Positions 23,841 through 34,415 of a stretch of 64,000 nucleotides of DNA are shown here, in pieces; within the stretch, counting starts at the first letter, position 1, and each line of letters begins with the position of its first letter. The DNA is from Mobula birostris (lineage: Eukaryota): NCBI RefSeq assembly GCF_030028105.1, contig NC_092384.1:16871629-16935628 (forward strand), in the 5' to 3' direction. The position numbers and the translations under genes were made by a program. The notes under the pieces are model-generated. The model did no database searches. It worked only from the letters and a program-made list of their open reading frames with translations, and was not told where the DNA came from.

Positions 23841-24725
23841 TTGTTGTTGTTCAGTCGTTAAGTCGAGACCGAATCTTCGTGACCTCATGGACTTCTGTAC
23901 ACCAAGCCTTCTTGTTGGAAACAGCCTCTCTAAGATCCCCCAAGGTTATACGCATTGTCTGAGTGTATTATCCTCCGTCATTGTAGCCTCTGTTGCCCTC
24001 TACTTCTTTTACCTTCTGTTTTACCGAACATGACAGTCTTCTCCAAGGAATCCTGTCTACTCATGATTGGTCAAAATATTTGAACTTCTGTCTCATAATC
24101 AAGCCTCCTAATGAGCAGTCTGGCTGTATTTGTTCAAATATTGTCTTGCTGGATCTTCTTGCTCTCTAACGAACTCTTAACACTTTTCTCCAGCATCCAA
24201 GTTCAAAGGTGTTGATCCTTTTGTATTCAGTCCAGCTCTCACAGCCATACGTTGCAACTGGAAATACTATAGACTTGACTATACGGATTTTCGTAGACAA
24301 TGTTATATCTCTGCTCTTTAGTATTTTATCTAAATTTGCCATTGCCACCCTCCCCAGAAGTAAGCGGCGTTTAATTTTGTGGCTGCAGTTCGCATTTATG
24401 GAAATCTTTGAACGGAGGAAGACAAAATCCGTCATTGTTTCCACTTCCTTTCCATTTATTACCATGGAGTTGATAGGGATGGACGACATAATCTTTGCTT
24501 TCTTCACATTGAGCACAAGCCAGCTTTTGCACTTTCTTACTTCACTTTGATGAGAAATTTCCTCAGATCCTCCTTACTTTCAGCCATTGGAGTGCTTTCA
24601 TCTGCACATCTGAGTTTCGTCCGGCAATTTTGAATCCAACATTTGAGTCGCCTAGACCAGCATTCCTCATAATGTGTTCAGCGTATAGATTAGATAAATA
24701 AGGAGTGTCACATCCTGCAGCCTTA
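23841..24725 (-). mobile_element. RTE-clade LINE, BovB-like, 5'-truncated, with (CAA)n tail
   Basis: LNVKKAKIMS..EVETMTDFVFLRSKI..CSHKIKRRLLLGR..LDKILKSRDITLSTKIRIVKSIVFPVATYGCESWT. The 3' end reads ttgttgttgttcagtcgttaagtcg on the + strand. Confidence 0.85.
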
Positions 24726-24769
24726 TTATCGGCAATGCGTTTTTTTGATCACCCATTCGACTTCAGTTT

Positions 24770-25205
24770 CCAGAATGTCTGGCTCTAGATCGATGAGGGA
24801 ATCATTGCAGGTGTCTTCACCGTTGGGATCGTCCCTGTACAATTTTTGTATGTATTCCTGTCATTTCTTTCTGATTGAATGACGGAGCAGACCTGGACCT
24901 GAACCTGGACCCTAGCACCTGGGAGGCAACGTAATCGGAAAATGTCGTTCTCGTTCATAGAACCTCCTTTCTGTTCTGCTAAAGAATCTCCTATATCCAC
25001 AACTCGCCTCTTCTCTCCTCACCCCCGCAAACTTCGTTTTCTAGTCGCAGAGTGAGGCTTAGTACCAAAGACCTGACCGCCGTGACTCTTTCCTGATAGC
25101 TCATTGTCTCGAACAGTATCCAAAGTGGTATACCTGCTGTTGAGGGGGATGGCCACAGGGTACTCTGCGCTGGCTGCTTAGATCCTTCCTCTTCCTGACT
25201 GTCAC
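24770..25205 (-). mobile_element. CR1 ORF1 (esterase) fragment
   Basis: IGDSLA..RCLPGARVQ, homologous to CR1 ORF1 at 16530-16620. Confidence 0.6.
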
Positions 25206-25900
25206 CCACATATAAACTGCAAATACACATTCTGCCAGAACAAAAATATTACTTGATTCGTGCTTTCAATGGGAACAACGCAATGAAAGACACACCTTCA
25301 GCACTACACAAATATACATGACATGCAGAGCCACAAGGCTGTGCTAGTGGAAAAACACATGAATGGCAAGTCCATAACTCATGTGCAATAAAGCCTGATA
25401 TAAACACTCGATGGATGTCCTGGTTAGAATGCACAACTGAAAAAATGGAAGGAAACAAGAGACATAGCATAACAATCAAAGCGCAAGTAACGTAGATTAA
25501 TCAGCAGTTTGGATATTTAACTGAAATTCTCGTTTTTATGCAATAATGTGTCATGGTCCGGTCCGTGAGGTCCGCATTAAAGTTCACGGTCCAGTCCATC
25601 GATCCCTTATTCCAGGTTTTCCGGTTTTCCCTTGTCCAGCATGTGCCTTAATTGAGGCACATGATTCTCATCTTGGGCTGGCTACATAAACAGCTCCTGG
25701 GTTCAGCTTCAGTTGCTGGTCTGTTCCCTTCTTTTCCGTTCACCTTCTGCCTGAAGCCTTGCCTGAAACCTCTGCCTGAAGCCTTGGCCTGAAGACTTGC
25801 CTGCAACCTCGCCTGTATTGCTGTCAGGTTCTACCGCCGGAGCAAGGCTGGAGCCTTGCTATGTCTAGATAAGAAACTGTCTATCGTTGTTTGGAACTGC

Positions 25901-26220
25901 CTCTGTGTCCACGACTTCGCTCGGTAGGTCCGACCGTTTGCCGCTACCTTGAGTTGGGAATCGTCTCTGTGTCCACACCTTCGCTAGGTAGGTCCGGCTG
26001 GTTGCCACTACTTTGTGTTGCGTACCGTCTCTGTGTCCTCGCCTTCGCTAGGTAGGTGCGGCCGTTTGTCACTACCCTGTGCTAGGTACCGTCTCTGCTT
26101 CCACGCCTTCGCTAGGTAGGTCCCACCATTTGCTACTACTTTGTGTTCGGTACCGTCTCTGTGTCCACGAGTTTGCTAGGCAGGTCCGGCCATTTGCCGC
26201 TATCTTGTTTTGGGAGCTGT
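25901..26220. repeat. 64-bp minisatellite, 5 copies
   Basis: Unit ctctgtgtccacgccttcgctaggtaggtccggccg..gtaccgt starts at 25901, 25965, 26029, 26093 and 26157. Confidence 0.92.
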
Positions 26221-26407
26221 CTCACTGTGTTCTGTGTACGAGTCCAGGCTATACGTCCTGTTCCCAAGGAGGTGTCCCAGCTCTGTGTTCCATGTTCCTG
26301 TCTCTCAAGACCTAGGCTGTGTATTCTGCGTTCCTGTCTCCCAAGACCAAGTCAGGGCTTTGGGGTCTCGTCCTGTCTTTGTGCCTCTCCCAGCCCAGGA
26401 GTACTGC

Positions 26408-26645
26408 GTCTAGTCCAAGCCACGTCCAAGTACATCGTCTAGTCCAAGCCACATCCAAGTACCTCGTCTAGTCTAGGCCACGTCCAAGCACCTTGTCTAG
26501 TCCAATCCACGTCCGAGCACCTTGTCTAGTCCAAGCAACGTCCAAGTACCTCGTCTAGTCCAGTCCACGACCAAACACATCGTCTAGTCCAAGCCACTTC
26601 CAAGCACCTTGTCTAGTCCAAGGACCTCGTCTAGTCCAAGCCACG
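26408..26645. repeat. 29-bp minisatellite, 7 full copies plus 2 partial
   Basis: Unit gtctagtccaagccacgtccaagtacctc starts at 26408, 26437, 26466, 26495, 26524, 26553, 26582, then 26611 and 26629 (partial). Confidence 0.92.
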
Positions 26646-29600
26646 GCTTTGTGTTCTCGTCCTGTGCAGGTGCAGCCACACCACGTTCTGTAGCCACGTC
26701 TTGTCCTCGCCTAGATCCAGGGTCCGAGCCCGAGTCAAGACACATGTTCCGGGTCCATGTCCAGTCTCTGGCTCGGAGTCCAAGTCCAGGCTCCTAGTTC
26801 CCAGTTCCATGTTCTGCTTTCCCTTTCCTAGCCAAAGTCCCAACCCAAGACTGTGTTCTTGTCCCAGCTCCTAGTCTACATCCTGTCACGTCCCTAACTC
26901 TAGTTCTAGTCCTGTTTCTAGTACTTCATTGTCTGTGCCTTGCATTTGGGTCCGGGACCAGCGCCCTCCTTATGACAGAATGAGCACTATTATTTTAAAA
27001 TAACACGATCTTAACATGTTATTTAAATATATGCACGTAAAGCTTTAGAGTAAAAGATCCTGTGTTTGCATGGAATTACCAATCAATTCCGTTGTTCCTC
27101 GGAATATTTACAAAAATCCTTGAACATGTGAAATAATAATTGAAATAAAAGGAAACTACTCGGCTAATTCGGTGGGCCAGGCAGTGCGGGTGAAGGCGTG
27201 CGGGTGTTTACTGTTTTGAGCTGGAGACTCGGGATTGAGAGTGTAGAGGGAAGATGTGCAATATATAACTTTGAAAAGGAGGTGTACGACCGGTGATAGA
27301 TGGAACCAATCTCGTTGGATGGAATGGTGGAGTGTTTGCAAGTCGAGCGAGAAAAGTATGATCCAATTTGCTCATTGCGGAATCCTGTAAAAACATATAA
27401 TAACGGGTCGAGTTAAACATGTTTTATGAAGCTTGATTAAAGGATATATATTGGACAGTTAATGGGAGAGATCGTTATCATCGAAGAAAACGATACCGTG
27501 GGAGTAATGCTGCTCAGTCGGCAGTGCAAAGCGACCTTTATTTAAGATGTTTAGTGAAACGTATTTTGAGTGTAATTCATCCTCAGTGATTTGCCGAAGC
27601 ATTTTTAACCGAGATTTCGTCCTCTAATCCAGAAATAAACCAAAGTGAGAAGCTAAGGTTCAAACTTACGTCTGGTATTCAGAGAATGAGATATTGTTTA
27701 TCGACAAACGAATAGCATATCATTTATTGGATTGTTTGTTAGTGGAGGAGTGTTTCTAAATAGATTATAACAACTGAAAGCGATAGAACTGGAGGGTGGG
27801 GTTGGTGTGGAGGTGTCGTCCTAACAGCGTAGCAATTAGAGATGGCGCCCTCTCCAGGCCGTGACAGAACGCACTTGATTGGGATGATTCAGAGGAATTT
27901 ACAAATTTACAGATATTTAAAATCCCTGAAACCATTATCATTTATATTATTATTGTATTCATTTTCTATCTTCATTCGACTGTACTGAAATATTTTTTTC
28001 TGATAAATATAGTACACAGTATTAGAGGGGGCTTTTTTTGCGCAGGGCATTCTCCAGTGCGAGCAATAAAATGATATATTTGAAACGACGTTGAGCTGAG
28101 CTGAAACTGGATACGTCCTGAAAAGCACTTTGGAAAACATCACCAGCGCCTCTCACTTGCTTGAGGAATTAGTTGACTCTTGTGACTGCTCTTCAGAGAA
28201 ATAACAGACGGCTATTTATGTTTTTTTATGAGTAGATGAAAAAATGCATAAGAAAGATAAGAGTACAAAGATCCTGTCAACTACGAACAAGATATAACTG
28301 TGCATTTTTAATTGAAAGTAAATATCAGAGCAATATTAAAAAGTGGAGAAATCGACGAGATTTGAGATGTGAAGGGAAATCTGTCCCAGCCAGCATATCC
28401 AGCAGAACAGGACTGAGCAGCCCACTCAGTCTCCAGGCGTGTACGTTTTTATTATTTTTGCCAATCTCTCTGCATTACCGAAACTCTTTCAGAAAATAGG
28501 CTGTTGTTTGCATTATCAGACAGAGGATTTATTTCACTGCCGTGTTCCGTGTACCTACTCCCCGCCTTCCTTAGCCCCGCACCTTATCCACCAAACACGC
28601 TGACCTGATGAGCAACAATAATATATTACTATAACAGGATGCTCACGCTGTTGTCACATATACATCTACCTGAACCGGAATTAATGCGTCAATTTACTGA
28701 CTATTGCCCAAATAAATGCTGGGCATATAGCAGACTTATTTTGCTCCATCGGGCAATTGGAAAGATTAACCGCTGAGGAGCTCTGTCCAAAGCACCATAT
28801 TCTTCGAGAGTACACGTCGAAACACGTGATTCCTATAAATCTACTTTCCAACGTCTACAATTTTCAGTCAGATGTTATGATTAGGCTAAACCTGATTTCC
28901 TTTAATGTGACCAGGTGCGTATCTCCTTGTTTCAATGTGGGCTGGGACAGGTACACTGGTGGCGATGCATTTCATAGTGCAGTTGCATTTTACAGTTAAT
29001 GTTGAGCAACAATCCGTGAATGTATACGAAACAGAAGAATACTGATTTTTTTTTATCATTCGACATTTACTGATCAATATTCAAACACAGAGGTGTTATC
29101 GTGAGAAAATGTTGCGATTTTTTCACATCTTTTAATCTATATTTCCCTCGGTTGAACTTTGACATAAGTGAGCAAGAATAACTGTTCAGTTGACGGTTTT
29201 TACCCTGAAAACAAAGTTCTCTGCCTGGTGGTGACAAACCTCTCTTTTTTTTTCATCCTCTGAGGACTGTAGAGGGTGGGGCGGTACTTTAGGCAAAGTA
29301 GTTTTATTTCCTGTAATGATCGGGGAATGTTCAATGGAGATAATGACTGGGCAGGAGAGACAGGCGGAACGGCTTATTCCTAATCTTATTCTAAATTCCT
29401 TACTTTTATTCTTACCAGTGATAATCGCTTCCAACAAATCGAAGATGAAATTGATCCCTTATCTTCCTAATTTATACATGTGATAGATTAACAATCTTTA
29501 TCTGGAGGCAAGAAATGAAACGAATAAATGCCTCGGCCATGCACTCATTGATAGTCTATAGCTCTAAACTGCAGTTGGATTCTCAGCTTCACAGTTTCTT

Positions 29601-30439
29601 TGATGTATTTACGTCTGCGTACAATGCATGTTTGTTTTGCTGTTTGGATGCTGGTGTGTTCTTAGAATCGGGAATCTGCAGAGCAGCGTAAGTCAGTTTG
29701 TCAGCTCCATTTCCTGCAGTCTGCGAAAATATTTGAAAATCAGGGGTTAATTGAGAATCCATTGAGTTGAACAAATTTAATCAAGAATTGTAATATAAAT
29801 TAGTGATGCACTCATAAGTTATCAATTTTAGATTTCTGCCGTTTTACACAAAGTTTATGTCAACATTGTTTCAAAATTTCCCTTTTTGATTTATTTGGTA
29901 TTTCAACTCCAAGAGCCTGTGCTGTCGCACTGAACAATGAGCGTTTCTTTCCTTACTGAAAATGAACTTCAACAACATCGAGTTGGGAGAGTAGATAACT
30001 CCTTGAAGCAGCAGGTATAGTACAAAATATTTCGCTAACTCAATATACAAGAGCATTGTTGTGTTATGTTTGTCTGATTGCCGCAAACTGTTTAGTCTAC
30101 AGATCTTACGGTGTTTCCTCAGTCACACCTGCCAACAGAATTCCAAATACACACAGACACTGTCATCAGTGGATACCGCACAACTGATAGATTGAACGCT
30201 GGCACTTTGTTCATTCATGCCACATGGTTACTGTTTTGTCACAGTTCGGCATTTCCATGAATAACACCAATGTTCGGTTGGTTCAGTGTTTCTCGGTTAT
30301 TATCAGATATTCGAGTTCATTGTGGAGCTGATAATGAGCATTGGAAAGGATGGCTATTCCTAGTTTCATGCTTTTTAGTGTTTCCACATTACATATGAAA
30401 TTGAATTCATAAAAGCGAGCGTAAAAAAGATAATCTCAA

Positions 30440-30930
30440 TGGATTCTGCAGATGCTGGAAATCTTGAGGAATGCAAAAGAAATGTTATGTAATTCATTCG
30501 GTAAGGCAACATGTATGAAGGTAAATACGCTGTTGATGTTTCTGTCTGAAATGCTTTAGCAGGACACCGAAAGGAGGGGGTCAGAAGCTAGAATAGGAAG
30601 GTGGGGAATGAATACAAGATGGCAGGTGATATGAGAAACCAGCTGGGAAAGAACGTGTGTTGATGATGGGGATGGAATAACTTAGAAGCTGGGAGGTGAT
30701 GAGTGGAAAAGGAATAGGGTGCAAGAAGAAATCTGATAGGAGGAGACAGTGGACCCCGGAGGAAATGGAAGAAAGAAGGGTACCAGTGGAGGTGATGGGC
30801 AGATGAGGAGAAGAGAAGCGGTGAAAGGGAGCCATAGTTGGGAATGGAGAAAAAAATAGAAAGGGAATGATGAAATAGGCATTAAAAATTAGAGAGATCA
30901 ATGTTCATGCTTTCAGGTTGGAGTCCACCC
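30440..30930 (-). mobile_element. Penelope-like tail fragment
   Basis: ggattctgcagatgctggaaatc and the following purine-rich tract, as at 2510 and 4725. Confidence 0.6.
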
Positions 30931-31039
30931 AGATGGAAGAAAAATGTGATGATATTTCGAGGGTGTTTAGTCGTAAATGGTACAGTGAAAAAGTTCAGAT
31001 CAGGTCCGTAAAATTAATCTCCTTTGGAATATCGTTTAC

Positions 31040-32415
31040 GTACATGTTGGAATCGATTGTTAGGAATGAGATTACGGAGTACCTGGAGGCACATGACAAG
31101 TTAGGCCAAAGGCAGCATGGCTTTCTGAAAGGAAAATCCTGCCTGTCTAACCTACCGCAATTTTTTGAGGAAATTGCAAGCAGGGTAGACAAAGGAGATG
31201 TAGTAGATGTGGTACACTTGGATTTTCAGAAGGCCTTTGTCAAGGTGCCGCACATGAAGCTGCTTAGCAAGATAAGAGCGTATGGAATTACAGAGGCGTT
31301 ACTAACATGGGTGAACATTGCTGATTGGTAGAAAACAGAAAGTGGAATAAAGGGATCCTATTTTGGCTGACTACCGGTTACCAGCGGAGTTACACAGGGG
31401 TTGGTGTTGCGACCGCTCCTTTTTATGATGTATGTCAATGATTTTGACTATGGGATTAATGGATTTTGGCTAAATTTGCCGATGATACAAAGATAGTTGG
31501 AGGGGTGGATAGTGCTGAGGAAACAGAGCTGCAGAGAGACTTAGATAGTTTAGGGGAAAGGGCAAAGAAGTGGCAAATAAAATACAATGTTGGAAAGTGT
31601 ATGTTCATGCACATCGGTGGAAGAAATAAACGTGCAGACGATTATTTAGATGGGAAAATAATTCAAAATGCCGTGATGCAAAGGGAATTGTGAGTCCTTA
31701 TGCAGGATATCTGAAAGGTTAACCTCCATGTTAAATCGGTTGTGAAGAAGGTGAATGCAAAGTTGGAATTCATTTCTCGAGGTATAGAATATAAGAACAG
31801 GGTGTGATGTTGAGGCTCTATAAGGCACTCGTGAGACCACACTTGGAGTATTGTTTGCAGTTTTGGGCTCTTTATTTTGGAAGGGATATGCTGACATCGG
31901 AGAGGGTTTAGAGAAGATTCTCGAGAATGATTCCAGGAACGAAAGGGTTACCGTATGAGGAACGCCTGGCAGCTCTTGGGATGTATTCCTTGGAGTTCAG
32001 GAGAATTGGGGGCGGGGGGATGGGGATCTCATAGAAACATTCCGAATATTAAAAGGCTTGAACAGATTAGATGTGGCAAATTTATTTCCATGCTAGGGGA
32101 GTCTAGGACAAGAGGGCACGACTTCAGGATTGAAGGACGTCCATTTAGAAAGAGATGCGGAGAAATTACTTTAGTCAGAGGGTAGTAAATATGTGGAATT
32201 TGTTGCAATGGGCGACTGTGGAGGCCAAGTCATTAGGTGCATTTAAGGCAGGGATACAGGGATAGATACATTTTTGATTAGCCAGGGCATCAAAGGGTAT
32301 GGGGAGAAGGCAGCGGAGTGGGGATGACTGGAAGAATTGGATCAGCCCATGATTGAATGACGGAGCAGACACGATGTGCCGAATGGCCTACTTCTGCTTC
32401 TATATTTTATGGTAT
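31040..32415 (+). mobile_element. CR1 LINE, 5'-truncated
   Basis: LGQRQHGFLKGKSCL..DFQKAF; AKFADDTK; 3' UTR similar to 9900-10115. Confidence 0.88.
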
Positions 32416-32428
32416 TGTATATCTGTTG

Positions 32429-32660
32429 TGCGTGGCTCGGTAGCGTAGCGGCTAGGTTAACACTATTACAGCAGCGGTGATCGAGGTTTAATTCCCGTAA
32501 CCGACGAAATGGTGTGTTTCTATGTTTTCCCATGACCGTATGACTTTTTCTGGGCGCTCAAGTTACCTCCCACGTTCCAAACACTTACGGGTGAGTCGGC
32601 TAATTAGTCACATGGCTGTAATTGGGTGGCACGAACTAGCTGGGTTGTACGGCTCTGTTA
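32429..32660 (+). mobile_element. tRNA-derived SINE (V-SINE-like), split near its 3' end by the Tc1 element; tail resumes at 34253-34263
   Basis: A-box-like ggtagcgtagcgg, B-box-like ggtttaattcc, core cctcccacgttccaaa..ggctaattagtcacatgg; the uninterrupted paralogous 3' end is at 8000-8080. Confidence 0.65.
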
Positions 32661-34252
32661 CAGTGGCGTGCAAATTTTGGGCACCCCGGTCAAAATTTCT
32701 GTTACTGTGAATAGTTAAGTGAGTAGCAGTGGAACTGATTTCCAAAAGTCATAAAGTTAAAGATGAAACATTCTTTTCAACATTTTAAGCAAAATTAGTG
32801 CATTTTTGGTCCAATTTTAGAGTGAAAGAAAAGGAAAGGTGCACCATGCAAATGTTTACGGACCCCAAGAGATTTGAGCTCTTAGGTAACTTTTACCAAG
32901 GTCTCAGACCTTAATTAGGATGTTAGGGCTATGGCTTGTTCACAGTTACCGTTAGGAAAGACCAGGTGATGCAAATTTTAAAGCTTTATTAATATCCTGA
33001 TTGCTGAAACCTTGTCCCAACAATCAGAAGACATCAGCTCCTCTAAGCGGTTGCCTAGCACTCTGAAAATTAAAATAAATGATGCGCACAAAGCAGGAGA
33101 AAGCTAGCAAAGCGTTTTCAGGTAGCCGTTTCCTCAGTTCATAATGTAATTAAGAAATGGTAGTTAACAGGAACGGTGGAGGTCAAGTTGAGGTCTGGAA
33201 GACCAAGAAAACTTTCCTAGAGAAGTGCTTGTCGGATTACTAGAAAGGCAAATCAAAACCCCCGTTTGACTGTAAAAGACCTTCAGGAAGAATTAGCAGA
33301 CTCTGGAGTGGTGGTGCACTGTTCTACTGTGCAGCGACACCTGCACAAATATGACCTTCATGGAAGAGTCATCAAAAGAAAACCTTTCCTGCATCCTCAT
33401 TACAAAATTCAGCGTCAGAAGTTTGCAGAGGAACATCTAAACAAGCCTGATGCATTTTGCAAACAGGTCCTGTGGACTAATGAAGTTAAAATAGAACTTT
33501 TTGGCCGCAATGAACAAAGGTATGTTTGGAGAAGAAAGTGTGCAGAATTTCATGAAATTAAAACACCTCTCCAACTGTTAAGCACGGGGGTGGATCGATC
33601 ATTATGCTTTTGGCTTGTGTTGCAGCCAGTGGCACGAGGAGCAGTTCACTGTTAGAGGGAAGAATGAATTCAATTAAATACCAGCAAATTCTGGAAGCAA
33701 ACATCACACCGTCTGTAAAAAAGCTGAAGATGAAAAGAGGATGGATAATGATCCTGAACACACCTCAAAATCCACAATGAACTACCTTAAGAGGCGCAAG
33801 TTGAAGGTTTTGCCATGGCCCTCAGAGTCCCCCGACCTGAATATCATCGAAAATCTGTGGATAGACCGGAAAAGAGCAATGCATACAAGACGGCCCAGAA
33901 ATCTCACAGAACTAGAAGCCTTTTGCAAGGAAGAATGGGCGAAAATCCCTCAAACAAGAATTGAAAGGCTCTTAGCTGGCTACAGAAAGCATTTACAAGC
34001 TGTGATACTTGCCAAAGGGGGTGTTACTATGTACTGACCATGCAGGGTGCCCAAAATTTTGCTTCGGGCCCTGTTCCTTTTTTTGTTAATTTGAAATTGT
34101 AAAAGAAGGAAATAAAAAAAGTAATCCTGCTTAAAATATTAAAGAAATGTGTGCACCTTTAACTTTATGCCTTTTGGAAATCAGGTCATCTTTTACTCGA
34201 TCACAGTAACAGAAATTTTGACCAGGTGTGCCCAAACACTTGCATGTCATAG
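32661..34252 (+). mobile_element. Tc1-family DNA transposon, frameshifted transposase
   Basis: Left end TA|CAGTGGCGTGCAAATTTTGGGCACCCC; degenerate right TIR gtgtgcccaaacacttgcatgtcatag. DDE-region motifs VLWTNEVK, DNDPEH, PWPSESPDLNIIENLW. Confidence 0.92.
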
Positions 34253-34277
34253 TTTATCTCTAAAGCAAATTCATATA

Positions 34278-34415
34278 TTATACATGGCAATCTCTCTGCT
34301 TTACCTGAGAATAGATAATGCATTCTTCTTCTTGTCGATCTTTGCGAAATCCTTTACTTTCCCTCATATTTAGTGAAACATGGGGAGTGGTGTCATCAAC
34401 CGCAGCTTGGTCAGC
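34278..34415 (-). CDS. Exon 6: terminal cytoplasmic exon with ITIM IIYSQV (34302-34319)
   Basis: Acceptor tttttccaacag; ADQAAVDDTTPHVSLNMRESKGFRKDRQEEECIIYSQVKQRDCHV*. Confidence 0.82.
   Translation of the reverse strand, partial: ADQAAVDDTTPHVSLNMRESKGFRKDRQEEECIIYSQVKQRDCHV

Larger units (their letters stand above)
25549..26977 (+). mobile_element. Probable solo LTR (TGTCA...TGACA) with internal minisatellites
   Basis: Termini TGTCATG/TATGACA; flanks taatg/gaatg (5-bp TSD with one mismatch); TATA-like tacataaa near 25683; no coding motifs. Strand is inferred. Confidence 0.65.

Noticed and set aside
26029-26645. Regular repeat arrays superficially like CRISPR
   Set aside because: The units are head-to-tail without unique spacers, the context is eukaryotic, and there are no cas genes; these are minisatellites.
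26079-26843. Several ORFs across the LTR-like element
   Set aside because: They result from stop-poor tandem repeats; no gag/pol/env motifs.
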